Shown: positions 48,597-61,668 of the stretch, one piece after another
How positions within the stretch are numbered: the stretch's first letter is position 1
How the letters are laid out: each line of letters starts with the position of its first letter
Translations under genes and position numbers: made by a program
Notes under the pieces: generated by a model
What the model saw: the letters and a program-made list of their open reading frames with translations, nothing else
The model's database searches: none
Told to the model about the DNA's origin: nothing
Origin: Selaginella moellendorffii
Lineage: Eukaryota; Plantae; Lycopodiophyta
Length of the DNA: 64,000 nucleotides
Reading direction: 5' to 3'
Assembly (NCBI RefSeq): GCF_000143415.4
Contig: NW_003314291.1
Coordinates: 469,316 to 533,315, forward strand

Positions 48597-51184
48597 CTAC
48601 AGAAGATTGGATCTAGACTTCAAGCAAAAAACGAAAACGTCACTCGAGAGACTCAAACTCTCGTGCATGTTATTTAGCATCGACCAAAGCAACTTTCATA
48701 TACAACATTTCATCACTCTTACATATGAAATCTTTAGTCCAAATGCCAACCTTCTTATTTAAGCCATTGATGTCATCTGCAACCTGTGGAACTGGTGGCA
48801 ATTATAACAAAGTTACAAGATCTGCAAGATTAATACTATTTTATAATCTTTAACTGAATCTACTTTATTCATTCTAGGGTACAAAATAAAGTGAAGTATA
48901 AGACTAATAATTTTGTTCCACTAATCCAAGTTACTCTCTAATCATCAATGTCTCACCTAACCCATATTTCAGGCTTTATAGTGTGTTTTCTCTAATATAT
49001 TTAAAATAATGTAGCATACTTGTAATAAAACTTATTGCTAACTCAAAGAATGATACTAAAACAGTTTTTAAAACCCTAAAGGGGTCTAGAAATTATTTAG
49101 TCCATATCAAAAGTTAATGCTAATCCCAAATGCCCATCTATATGCATAGTATATCTTGAGTTTAAATTCCATGAGTAAATATTTGAGGTTTAATTTTTAC
49201 CATGTGTAGTAATGGTGAATATACTCAATAAATATAGAAAGAAGGTAAATATGTGATATTATCCCTTGATTGTAGCATATTTAAATTTAGAGTTGAGCTC
49301 TAATTCATTACACTACAAAACAAGGGTTTAATATACATTTAATATCCCTTATAAGCATTAACTCCCTTTATCCAACTCTTGCATGACTAGAGTAATATGG
49401 AATTTGGGATTAGACCCAAGTTAAATGCAAATAAAGAGTAATATAGCCTAGTAAAAGCTAAACTAATGTTTTATGTGATTGACCATACTTTAAACCACTA
49501 TCTGTAATATATATTTAAAACCCCCCAAATGTATTACTATATAAACCTTGGTATGTCCATCTAAATTTCTGATTGTGATCTTAATAATTGATACACATCC
49601 TCATGATAACATCTTTTTTCATAATAAAAAGGATTGGCACTCCATAAAATGACTTATTTAGCTGAATATAACCTTTGTCAAAAAGTTCTATGAATTATTT
49701 CTTGAGTTTATTCATTTCTTTGATGTTCAAATGGCATAGAGCATTTGTAGGTAGTTTAGAATCCAAAACAATCTCAATTTAATAATCAACCTCATAGCCT
49801 TAGCAGTAAATGTTTTGGAAAAATATCAAGATTCCTCACCAATAACTCTAAAAAGTTTCTTAGTATAGGATTAACTCTATCACCAATTCAAACTAGTCAC
49901 CATCACTTAAACCCAAAAGGTTTGACATCTCTTTCTAATTATTTTTTAAACTGCTCTCGTAGTTAGGAATTTGGCATCCTAATCCCTTGAGAAGCACTTT
50001 TGCAATTGAAAGAACATATTAAGATATCCTTTTGACCTCAATATGATATGATTTTATTCAGTATTATCATCCATTGGGATATAATTATTGAAGAGACCTA
50101 TACCAAACACTAAAGAAAAATTTAGTATCTTCAACACTATTAAATCCAATTTTTATTTTTACTTGGATATCTTTATTGGAATATCACTTACAAATTTCTT
50201 AGCTATTTGCCCATTTTCTGCAAAATTGAAGTGTATAGATGACATTCGCTCAGCTTTTAATCCTAACAATTTAACCAAATCTTCAAATATCACATTGTGT
50301 GTTGCTCTTATGCCAATTATTACTCAAATTCAGTGTTCATAGGCAAAACTTACAAAATACATCAATGGATTGGTGCTTGCTTTGATTGCGATAAAAACTT
50401 AAAGAATATAGCTCACCTCTTCTTCCCCATAATTTGCATTAACCAATTTATCAACTATTTCAACTTCACCACCACCATCTTTATTTATGATATTGACACA
50501 AAATTTTATTTTATGTTTATTAAGACCTTTTGAGGACTTATATTCTACTTCTCCATAATGGAAGTAATGATCCACACTATATGTTTTGCTAGGAGTATAT
50601 TCGACTAAGAGTAAGTTTTGCAAGTTGCTACTAGTTATACCCATTAGAAAAAGGAATAAAGGGCTTAGGACTAGAAGAAGTTGTTAATGATCACTAATCA
50701 CCACTCTTATTAACCATCATTTATAAACCTCTAAAGTGGAATTTCCCTTTTACCCTCTATTTCCATTCTTCCCAAAGTTGTTATTTTTGTCAAGACCCCC
50801 AACAAGATCAAGACTGAAAAATGCAAAAGACAAAGAGAAAAGCTAATGGAAACGAAGAAAAGGCCTTAGACTGGTGTTGATTCAGATTGTGGAGAAATGG
50901 AACAAGGCTAACCTATATATACTATAGGTTGATGAAGCTCCACCACTCTTGGATCGAGGACGGCCTAAATATAGCTGAGGTTGAGGAGGCGCCACATCAT
51001 CATCAGGAATGTGGCTCGAGACTCAGGAATCGGGAAGTGTCTCGAGAGTCAGGAATAGGGAAGTGTCTCGAGAGTCAGGAATAGAGAAGTGTCTCGAGAG
51101 TCAGGAATGTGGTCTGCAAGTCAGGAATCCGGTGAGAGTCAGGAATGTGGCAAGAATTGGGGGATTCCTGACAGCACCCCCTCC

Positions 51185-54100
51185 TCAAGAACGAGTGGAA
51201 CGAGGATGTGAACGAGAACGAAGAGGAGGATGAGATGAGCGGCGAGGGATGGGAGATGGAGAAAAAGAATGAGGACTGAGACGAGAAGGATAGTAGTGGT
51301 GGAAGTCCTGAACAAGGTCAGGAGAATGAATCAGGTTGTCCGCAGGTTCCCAAGTGCATTCCTCAGGTCCGTAACCCTTCCAGTCCACCAGATAGTACAG
51401 TTTAGACCGTGAAATCTTGGAATCAAGGATGTCCTGAACCTCGCACTTAGACCCATCCTCAAGCTGCACTGGCGGAGGCGGAGGAATGACCCGATTTGGA
51501 ATAAGACTGGGAATATAAGGCTCAAGGAGAGAGGAGTGAAAAACGGGGTGAATTTGATATGAGGAGGGAAGTGCAAGGCGATAAGTCACATGATTAATGA
51601 TGGCAGTGATAGGGAAAGGACCAAGGCGTTTGAAATCGAGTTTTGGACAGGGCCTGGTGATGGAGATATTTCGCTTGAGGAGCCAGACTTTATCCCCGAC
51701 ATTGTAAGGGGGACAATCCTGACGATGGACATTGGCAAATGTTTTATGAGATTCCTGAGCATGATGGAGGTGGAAGGAGATGGAGTTGTGGATTTCCTGG
51801 AGGTTGGAGATAAATGCCTCAGAGCGGGGATTTGAACGAGAGGATTCAGATGAAGAAGGAAGTGAGAGATTGAATCGGGGATTTCGGCCAGAGTTCGCAA
51901 AGAAGGGGGAAACTCGAAGAGAGGAGTGAACAGAGTTGTTATAGGAGAACTCAGCAAGGGGAAGGATATCGAACCAGTTATCCTGATGATAGTTGATGAA
52001 ATACCTCAAGAATTGTTCCAACGTCTGAATCATTCGCTCGGACTGCCCATCAGTTTCAGGATGATATGCCGAAGAGAGGTTGGCCTTCACTCCAAGCAGC
52101 TGCAAAAACCGTTGCCAGAAATGAGAGATGAACTGAGGCCCCCGATCCGAAACCATATATGTAGGAATCCCATGAAGTTGGAAAATTTCCCTGAATACCA
52201 GTTTTGCCATGTCATCGCCCGAAAACTCCTTAGTACATGGCAAGAAGTGCGCCATCTTTGTGAAGCGATCCACCACGACTAAAATGTTGTTGAAGCCTCC
52301 AGAACTCGGAAGATCACTCAAGAAATCCATGGAGATGGATTCCCAAGGACCTGAAGGGACCGGAAGGGAACGAAGCAAACCTGAAGGAAGGTGGCGAGGT
52401 ACCTTATTCTGGGCACAAGTGTCACAGGAGGTAACAAAAGCTTTGATGTAGTTGTCCATGTAAGGCCACCAAAAGTCCCGTGCAACTAGCTCATAGGTTT
52501 TCGCAATGCCGAAGTGACCAGCAGTCGGGCTATCGTGGCACGCCATCAGGACCAACCTTCGAGCATCACCTTCAAGAACGTAAAGTTGCTCCCTACGGTA
52601 CAATAAGCCATCTAAGAACTCGAACTCGTCAAATCGCCGGCAGTCAGGAGTCACTGGGTGTCCAGCCTGAAGATGGGGGAAGATGTCACTAGCGAGATCA
52701 TCGGATTGAAGATCGTTTCTGATTGCATCCATCAAGGAGGAGTCCTGAGGGGCCAGGGAAATTGCCATAACTTGAAGCCGATCAGGACCGAGGATAACTT
52801 GATCCTGTTGATCGAAGGCAGGATTACCAGGCCTGAGACTGAGATAGGAGTGCCTTGAAAGAGCATCAGGAAGGCCTTGAAACTTTCCAGGTCTGTACTT
52901 GATAACAAAGTCAAACCGACTCAGGAATTGTGCCCACCTTGCTTGACGACGGCTTAAAACTCGGGAAGTGGCAAAGTACTCGAGATTTTTGTGATCCGTC
53001 CAGACTGTTGTTTGATGGTTCGCCCCCTCCAAGAAACAGCGCCACTCTCCAAAGGAATCCACGATGGCAAGGAGCTCCTTGTCATGGATTTCGTAATTGA
53101 TCTCCGCAGGCTGGAATTTCCGAGAATGGAAAGCGACCAGATGAAGTTCGTGATCCGCTCCGAGTTGAGACAGCACAGCACCAATGGCAAAGTCGGAGGC
53201 GTCAGCCTCGATGAAGAAAGGTTGTGAGGAATCAGCATGGATCAAGATAGGAGCAAAACTGAAGGCTGCCTTGAGTGTGTCGAAGGCCTGCTGGGCAGCA
53301 GCAGACCAAGAGAAGGGAACATCCTTGCAAGTGAGATGTGTGAGAGGAAGGACAATGTCAGAGTAGTGATCAATGAATTTGCGGTAGAAGTTGGCGAAGC
53401 CAAGGAAAACCTGAACGTCTGACATTGATTGTGGAGGCTCCCATTCGAGAATAGTCTTGACTTTGGCAGGATCCATCGTGATACCCTCAGGAGTGACAAT
53501 GTACCCAAGGAACTCCACAGACTGCTGATCAAAGGAACATTTCTCAAGCTTCGCGTATAGGCCGTGTTCTCGCAGCTTCGCTAGCACCTTGCGTACATGT
53601 TCATCATGCTCCTCCTGAGTTTTTGAGTAGATGAGGATGTCATCGAGGTAGACGATCACCATCTGATCAAGAAACTCCCGAAAGACGTCGTTCGCCATGT
53701 GTTGAAAAACTGCTGGAGCATGTCAAGCCAAATGGCATGACAGTGTACTCGAAGTGGCCATAGCGGGTTCGGAATGCAGTCTTCCATTCATCACCAGGCC
53801 AGATCCGGATCAGGTTGTATGCTCCACGGAGGTCGATCTTGGTGAAGAAGCGGGCACCGCCGAGGCGTTCCAACAGGTCCGAGATTAGGGGCAGCGGATA
53901 ACGGTTCCGAATAATCACCTTGTTCAAACCTCGGTAGTCGATGACTAGCCGCAAGCTCCCATCCTTCTTCTTGACAAAGAAGACAGGCGCTCTAGCCGGG
54001 GATTGCGAATGCTGAATGTAGCTCGAGGCAAGGTTCTCATCCACGTACTCTTTGAGGGCCTTAAGCTCGGACGGGGATAACCCGTAGATAGGCCCCCACG

Positions 54101-54941
54101 GAGGTGACGCTCCTTCCTGTAAATCAATAGGACAATCATAAGGCCGATGAACAGGCAATACACTAGTTTTTTTCTTGTCAAACACATCCCCAAAATCATG
54201 ATACTTCTCAGGAAGACTGACAGAAGAAACATGCAAAGCAAAAAGAAAAAGAGGTTCTTCATGAAGGAGTTCTTTCATAGTGATTGTGGAGATAGGAGGA
54301 GGCGTACGACTAAATGGAATGATGAGATGAGGATACGGTCCAGTGTAAGATGGAAGAGAGGAAAAAGAAGAGGGTGAAAACTTTATAGAGTCAGGAATAG
54401 AACCCCAATTTGAGTTTAGGGAACTTTCCCTGATTCGGACTCGATGAACAGCAGGGGAAGCCGTGGGAGAGATGAGCTGTAATTCCTTCCAACAGATTTG
54501 AGGCTAATGTAATTGGAACCAAGGAAGACCGAACACCACAAAAGAGGACTTGTTGCTGATGATGTTGAAGGCGATATCGGTGACGGTGGACCCGATGTGT
54601 ACTCGAACGGGCAACGTTTCCCTAAGTCTAGAAGATGGAGACACAAAATGCCCGCCGATGCCTTCAACCCTCAAATCCCGTATGGTAGGAGAAAGAGGAA
54701 CGTGATGTCGAGCAGCAAAGTCCGTGTCCATGAAGCAGGAAGTTGCACCCGAGTCCAGTAACGCCAGAGCCTTGAGTCCTGATTGTCCGGTGAAAGAAAG
54801 GAGACATGGGACGCGGAAGTTGCGGGAATTGGTGGTGGCTTTGATGAAAGGTGGTGAGGAGCTTGATAAAGAAGAAAAGTGATTTTTATTCGGGGAGTCC
54901 AAACAGACAGCTCCTACTCTGTTTGGACAGGGTCGTTTCCC
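51185..54941 (-). pseudogene. pol: Chromovirus pol (PR-RT-RNaseH-INT-chromodomain) with a stop at about 54504 and a frameshift at about 53720
   Basis: ALLDSGAT, YLDD, ADASDFAIGAVL, HHCC (CHDSPTAGH..CDTC), SMDF..SDRG..GQSER, GPF motif, chromodomain YLVDWKGY..TWEP. Confidence 0.95.
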
Positions 54942-55885
54942 AACTGCAATAGAGGTGGACTTTGAGGCAGAGTGAACTCGAGCAGTCGAGGAGGCTTCTT
55001 GGGACATACAGCTGCTTTGTGATTAGGATCAGCACAATAGAGGCAAAGATTATGAGATATTCGACGTTGCTTCTCAGCAGGACTCAACTTCCCTCTAATG
55101 AGTCGGGGAGTACCAAAAATATCCATCGGAACCGGAGCAGTAGGTTCAGGAGTATGCCCTGAAGACTCAAGATGGGATTCCTGAGTCTGGGATGGAAAAA
55201 CAGCGGTGCGGTGACTTTCCTGACAACGTTCAAAGAGACGATTGTCACATCGAACAGCTTTGTTGATGGCATCCGACAGGTCCTTGGGATCCTCCATGGT
55301 GAGCAACAAATCCTTGACACCGTTGTTGAGGCCGAAACGAAATTGGTCAATCAGGGCCCGCTCATCCCACTGAGTGTCCAAAGCAAGGAGTTGGAACTCT
55401 GCAGCGTAGATCGAGGCAGGACGAGACCCCTAAGAGAGACGTCTCATCTTTGTGGTAGCAGCCCGAACCCGATCCGTCTCGCCAAAACATGCTTCGAGCT
55501 TCTCTTTGAACAATTGAAGATCCATCAGCTCTGGAACCACAACCCCTTTCATTCTCTTCTCCAGAAGAGGAGAAAACCATGACAAAGCTGCACCTTCGAG
55601 CAACGTCCCAATCGCGCCGATTTGAGACTCGGGAGTAGGGTACCGCCGATGTTGAAGTGCGAAGATCAACTCCATCTGGTTCAGGAATCCGCGAAGCTCC
55701 GAACACTTGCCTGAAAATTTCGCCGGGAAGCTCACCTTCGGTTCAGGAACTTTGCTGGATCCTTGAGCCGAAAGTGAAGCAAGCTCCTGCTGCATGCGAA
55801 GAAGGGTCACCTTCAGCTCGGTATTCTCAGACTGGATTTTTGCAAGGACTTCAGCAAAGAAATCAGGATGGCTTGGAGACTCCAT
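54914..55885 (-). pseudogene. gag: Chromovirus gag with one in-frame TAG (55430-55432) and a CCHC knuckle
   Basis: PAKFSG..LRGFLNQ, LLEGAALSW, F.FGL, CLYCADPNHKAAVC. Confidence 0.9.
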
Positions 55886-58800
55886 TGGCAAGAAGAAAGA
55901 AAAAAGGGGGAAAAAAAAGGCAAAGGTAATCAAACAATCAAAACGAGCTAAATCAAAAAACGAAAAAACCACAATCTGAATCAAACTGTCAAGACCCCCA
56001 ACAAGATCAAGACTGAAAAATGCAAAAGACAAAGAGAAAAGCTAATGGAAACGAAGAAAAGGCCTTAGACTGGTGTTGATTCAGATTGTGGAGAAATGGA
56101 ACAAGGCTAACTTATATATACTATAGGTTGATGAAGCTCCACCACTCTTGGATCGAGGACGGCCTAAATATAGCTGAGGTTGAGGAGGCGCCACATCATC
56201 ATCAGGAATGTGGCTCGAGACTCAGGAATTGGGAAGTGTCTCGAGAGTCAGGAATAGGGAAGTGTCTCGAGAGTCAGGAATAGAGAAGTGTCTCGAGAGT
56301 CAGGAATGTGGTCTGTAGGTCAGGAATGTGGCAAGAATTGGGGGATTCCTGACAATTTTTATCCAAGGTACTAATATATGGTTAGTAATATTGTTCAATG
56401 AGTGAGTGATTGAAGGCAATTTATTATATTCTCTCCTTACGCTCCAAATACATCTTTGATTTAAACTTCAAAATCTCTAAACCTTCTCCAAACATCTTGA
56501 CTTATATTTGCAAATATAATGCATTTTTTAGCAAACATATTAATGTAGTGTATAAGATCCCTATGCTACTCTACATGAAGTCTCAAACTAAAATCATTTA
56601 ATAAGTATTCTTTTTGGATATGAGATCACATCTTAGTCCAATTTTTAGTTTGCCCTTTTTTAGTGTACACTTGGCACCACCAAATTTTGGCATAATTTGT
56701 GAGAAATGACTACATGTACACAACCTTTGTACAATTATTCATATCTACTACTATGAAATAGTTTTCCATATTGTATGCCTAATCTTTCAAAACCTGGTAG
56801 TCCAATATACTTTTGAAATTATGTGGTTTCAAGGGCTTGAATTTTGAAACTCATGCAATTGAGGGTGATTGGAAAACTTTATCGTCTTTAAAACTCAAAG
56901 AGGAGTCTGATTGTTTAAGTTTAGCTAATTTAATTACCTCAACTTCTTTCTTCCTCTTTTTGTTCTCTTTTTTTAATTTATGAATTTCCTTTTGCAACTT
57001 CTCAATTTCATGTCTTCAGCTATATACTACGGTGTCACAGCCTTAAGTTTTTCCTCTTTTAACTCAGTCTCAACTGCTTTTATAACATCTTTAACAAAAG
57101 TTTTCTCTTCTTGATTTGCTCATTTAAAAATTTCAGCATTATCAACATAATTCCATTTTGCCATCTCACTAGTTGTATACATACCTCTATCAATAAACAA
57201 ACATGCATACAATATTCTTACTAAATGGTGCAATCTAGCTAATCTTATATAAGTCACTTTAGATTTACTAAAAAAGCCTTTACTTATGCAACTAAAGTCA
57301 GAAACTCTAACATTTGATAGGAATCATTGAGACAATTCTTTTAATAAGCACACATGAATTTGGAGTTGAACTTCAGACTTGTTACATTATGAAATGAGGG
57401 TTTGGTACACACTTAATAGCCCCTACAAGTACCAGCTCTTTGTATCCAACTCTTATATACAAGATAGTGTTAGATGATTGTTTGATATAATTTCAACATA
57501 TTAGTGGCCTAACACGAGGAGGAGGGTACCCACCGACTAGAGCAATATGGAGCTTAGGTTTAAACCCAAGTTAGATATAGAACAAGGAGTAGCACAACCC
57601 AATGGGAGCTAAATTATATACTTTCAACCACTATCTTTACTATACATTTGGAACCCCTTATAATTTAATTTTTTCCAATTTATCAATTTACCTCATCTAG
57701 TCAACCACCTTTGCCTCGGCCTCAGTTAAGTTCTCTTGCTAAAGTTTATTGTATCAGCTTTTACTTAATGCTACTTGGCTTCAACTACTCACTACACGAG
57801 CAATATTGTCTTAACTATCCATCCATGGATTCTTAAACTCTTTTTTAATCCCCCTCCTTTGGTTAGATTGGACTTAAAATTTGATTACACTCATTGCAAA
57901 CACAAATAACTAAGTACACTAAACTTCCAAGTTCATAACATTCCTTAATATAACAAAATTTGTTCATGGGACCCTTTAAATCCCAAGCTTTGGGTGCCTC
58001 TTGTAGTTCAAGATCTTGTAGGGAAACACTATGGCAAGATACTTTTACTCCCCACCTTTATCCTAAAAGGAAGGCACAAGCTTTTAGGAAGGGGCAAAGA
58101 CCAATGAACTTTATAATATTCAAGTGGGGCACCATTCCACTTGAGTTAAGAGTACTATAGTTAATTTCCCTTTTAGGAGTGGTTTTGAGCATTTTTTTGA
58201 TCTTTTCACCCACCAAATCCATATTCATTTCCACTAACCCTTAGTCCCAACATAAATTTAATTTGAAAGCATCACTAGAAAGTTTATTTAAAATGAACTC
58301 TTTATCATTTTAATTGTGATTTCGGGGGATCCTTTAGTCCATAACACCTCAAGGAATTGATTCTTTACAAGAAGTAATCTAGATACTTAATTTAAATATA
58401 GGTCATAGATGTCTATTCTTGTGCATAACAAGTTTAGTTCAAATCTTATGAGTAAAGATTTGATATTCAATTTCAGGCCGCGAGTTAGACCCCGCTAAAA
58501 GGAATCAACTTTTTTACTATCCTTAAAATAATGGGAAATCAAAGTGTATTATTCAAACTCTTAAACAATATCTTTAATGTATTATTTCTCATCAATAAGA
58601 TGATTTAGTGGATCAACTTGAGATTGGACCAAATTAGAGCTTCTATAAAAGTAAAGTTTTAAGGAGATTGTTTAACACTATTCTCCATTGTTTCATTATT
58701 TTGTTAGTGAAACAAACAAAGAGATTGAAATCTTGAAGACTCTTTTCAAAAATGGTGGAGAACCAAGAAAGAGGCATTCTAATAAAGAGAAATCTGATCA

Positions 58801-59321
58801 ATTCTACACAAAAAGTTAAAATAAAATATTAGCCAAGTTGCATGGTGATTTAAAGCTTGAGTTGGCTAAGGAAGCCAGAAAACTCAAACCACATACTATC
58901 AAACTTTTATGATACATCAGAACCAAAATGCCATTGTCAGAATAATTTACTAAAGTTACAAATGAAATGCTCTATTAGATTGCTTTAATATTTGATATGA
59001 CTTCTATAGAGTATCAAGCTATGACTAGAGCTGAAAAAGAGGATTTGGCAAAACCATTAATATAAGTGTTTAAACAGAACTCATCAGTGAGAGAAATATG
59101 CAAACTATAAACATGTTTATAATTATTGATCAATTAGATTATTCAATAATATTAAATACATTATTATACCACATGTAATATGCAACAAACTACAAATGTA
59201 AAGCTTAACCAATAGGTATATCTCCGTACTACTGCATTGTACTATGTCTGAAGGCAGAACAGCCTGGGATCCTGGAGTTTTTCAGATGTAACAATTGGAA
59301 GATGTAAGATCAGCCAGGAAA

Positions 59322-59950
59322 TGGAACGTGCAGACGTGCTTACAGTCCCAACTTCATTAGGTTCTTCCCCGATCTTCCCTCTTGCAGGCCGGCAGCCCCG
59401 TCGTAAGTTGACAAGGCAAGCGGAATAACTATTCGGGCTCTTCCTGGATACCTATCCTAATTATCCCGGTTCAGCCACGAAGAATATGCGCAACTATGTG
59501 ACGCTTGCGTGGGAAAGCCTGTTTTTGCTCCACCAACTACTCTGCAACACTTATGGCACAGCTATCGAAGCATTTTGCTGGGAAATTGGAGCTCCAGGGC
59601 CAGCCGATCAGGTCTGCGTTGCTGAGGATGTGTCACATGCCCCATATCTTCCCCGAACCCGAGTGTTGTTCTGGAAGTTTTATAGACAAATTCGAAAAAC
59701 TTTACTCGTGAAACTCACTTCTCCACAATTCGCGCAATTACAGGCCCTCGACAGTGGCCCAAGCTGGACAAACTCAGTGCTGTCGAGCCAGCAATTCTCG
59801 TACTGCTTCCAGGATTTGTTTGGACAGTCGGTTGGGATTCTTTTCACGGAGTCAGCCTTGCAAGGGACTCACTTCATTCGGAGCTCTGTGCTCAACTCCA
59901 CATACTATCACTGACTTCATGGTTCGTATTATCCATATCTTGTGATTTGG
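59322..59950 (+). pseudogene. Duplicated MCCB fragments, including intron sequence
   Basis: About 59322-59355 matches 48139-48171 (gacgtgcttacagtcccaacttc); about 59809-59950 matches 47741-47940, including the donor ggttcgtat. Confidence 0.85.
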
Positions 59951-60467
59951 TTTGCCCACTGGAAGAATGAACAATAGCAAATTTCCAAACTTCCAAATTT
60001 CCAAGAGTCAAGCCTAGAACTAGTCTTTACGATTCTGAACTTCTTGGCTTGCATGATTAAAATTTCTCTCGTGTGTAAAAGGCTATCACTGCGCTGAAGA
60101 AACGAGCCCAGCTCCTCAAGTATGGAGGAGAGAAGCGCCAAATTTTTGCCCATTCCGGCTCAATAAATCGAAAGATCTCTCCACCACATTTTTTTGTTGG
60201 AGTGAGTAGCGACAAACTTTTTCCAGGATGGATTTGTCTCTAAGCTGCGAATGAATTAGCTTTTCTTACGCAGGTATAAAGCAGTGGTATCATAGAGAGC
60301 GCCTGAATCGGACGGTGACACGAAGATGGCAACGTGCTTTTAAGCGAATACGAGAGGACGATCTTTCTAAAAAGAAAGTAGAAAGTCAAGCTGCGCCAAA
60401 AACTAGGAGAAAGTCGTGAGATCCAGCAACAAGCAGTGAAGATCAACAGCAAAAGAAACTAAAGAAC

Positions 60468-61538
60468 TTAACACGAGAACCACACAAGCTCCACTTGTCC
60501 TCGAGCTCCGCTCAAAACATCAGAGGCACCAGGAGCTGCCCTCAACACATCCGGCGCATCAACCTCTGACCAGCTCCTGGAATCAACTCCATAGTGCACA
60601 ATGCGCGACTTGGCCACCAGCCATACACTGTCCTTCCCATCGGTGCATGTCAACTTTTCCCGCAGTGACGGATCACGAAGCTCCTCGTCAGAGTACGACA
60701 CAGCCTCCCACTTCTCTCCCCGCGCCTCAGCGACAACCAGCCCCATCTCTTCCATGTCTTCGCTCACCAGCAGAAGTCGGTCCCGATCCAGCTGCAGGAA
60801 GCACCAGCTATAAAGTCCCAGCTCCAACTCGTTGGCATCAACCTGGAAAACCCGCCAGGAACCATCCCACACGTTGTATCTCGCGATCCTCGAGGCCCTC
60901 GGGCAAAACTGTACCACCTCACCGTGATCCAGCATCGGAGAGAAGGCCTTCCCTTTGACAGTAGCCGATACATCTGGGCAGTCTTTGCGCCTGGACCACT
61001 CGCCACACGCCGAGTCGTAGATGTGCATCGAGAGCGAGGGCCTGTCGAACCTAGGGGGCCTGTTGAAGCTAGCAATGCAAAACTCTGGCGTCGATCGATC
61101 CCTCTCGCGGCTGTACACCACCATGCTAGTTCCATTGCTGACCACCGGCGGCAAAGGGACTCTCACCGGTGAGGAGTTGAGATCACTGTAGCGCCACACG
61201 AAGATGGAGTTTGGGCGCTGGAACTCCACAACGGTGGCCAGGCAGAGCAAGCCGGCGTCGCTGCTGACAATCCTCATGCCCTCCGGGAGCGTCTGGAAGT
61301 GACGCCACTGGCCGCTGCAAGGGGAGTTCTCCACCGGCTTGACGAAGAGGGACGAGCACCAGGCAATGCGGAGGCAGAGGAGAGGGATGCAGGCGTGGGA
61401 GCGCGCGTACCCTTTACGGAAGCTGGGATCGTCGATTGTTCGTTGCCAATCACGGCACACGCACCTCGCCTGGCACAGATCGATTGCAGAAAGCCTGAAG
61501 AAGACGAGCTCCACACATTCACCGCTGCCTCCTTGCAT
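60468..61538 (-). CDS. F-box protein with a beta-propeller-like C-terminal region, intronless
   Basis: ECVELVFFRLSAIDLCQARCVCRDWQRTIDDPSF; IVSSDAGLLC, IYDSACGEW, YNVWDGSW; first ATG at 61538. Confidence 0.88.
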   Translation of the reverse strand: MQGGSGECVELVFFRLSAIDLCQARCVCRDWQRTIDDPSFRKGYARSHACIPLLCLRIAWCSSLFVKPVENSPCSGQWRHFQTLPEGMRIVSSDAGLLCLATVVEFQRPNSIFVWRYSDLNSSPVRVPLPPVVSNGTSMVVYSRERDRSTPEFCIASFNRPPRFDRPSLSMHIYDSACGEWSRRKDCPDVSATVKGKAFSPMLDHGEVVQFCPRASRIARYNVWDGSWRVFQVDANELELGLYSWCFLQLDRDRLLLVSEDMEEMGLVVAEARGEKWEAVSYSDEELRDPSLREKLTCTDGKDSVWLVAKSRIVHYGVDSRSWSEVDAPDVLRAAPGASDVLSGARGQVELVWFSC

Positions 61539-61582
61539 CCTGTGTGCCCAAGTTTGCTCTAGGTGTTTCGTCAATAGCTTGC

Positions 61583-61668
61583 CTGTTGGGATTCTGGTAA
61601 AAAATGGAATTATTTCCACGGAATCAGCCTTGGAAGGTGTTCACTTCATTCAGCTCTGCAACGCCACT
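61583..61668 (+). pseudogene. Third MCCB fragment (VGILVKNGIISTESALEGVHFIQLC)
   Basis: Nucleotide match to about 47769-47857. Confidence 0.85.

Larger units (their letters stand above)
50788..56354 (-). mobile_element. Full-length Ty3/gypsy chromovirus (Tcn1/Tf1-sushi-like), recent but coding-defective
   Basis: LTRs 50788-51173 and 55987-56354 (few substitutions, one 18-bp indel); TSD ATTTT; PPT next to 51174; domain order gag, PR, RT, RH, INT, chromodomain. Confidence 0.97.
49271..57662 (-). mobile_element. Old degenerate Ty3/gypsy element hosting the chromovirus; the rest of RT through integrase is missing
   Basis: Homologous short LTRs at about 49271-49530 and 57343-57662; gag remnant AKIWW at about 56680; protease IIGIRATHNVIFEDLVKLLGL at about 50300; RT start KGYIQLNKSFYGVPILF..KKD..MRMCINY at about 49600. 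Confidence 0.75.

Noticed and set aside
57700-59100. Possible further gag-like remnants
   Set aside because: Too degenerate to assign boundaries or family.
61539-61619. N-terminal extension of the F-box ORF in the ORF track
   Set aside because: It starts at GTG and is partly the antisense of an MCCB fragment; the first ATG is at 61538.
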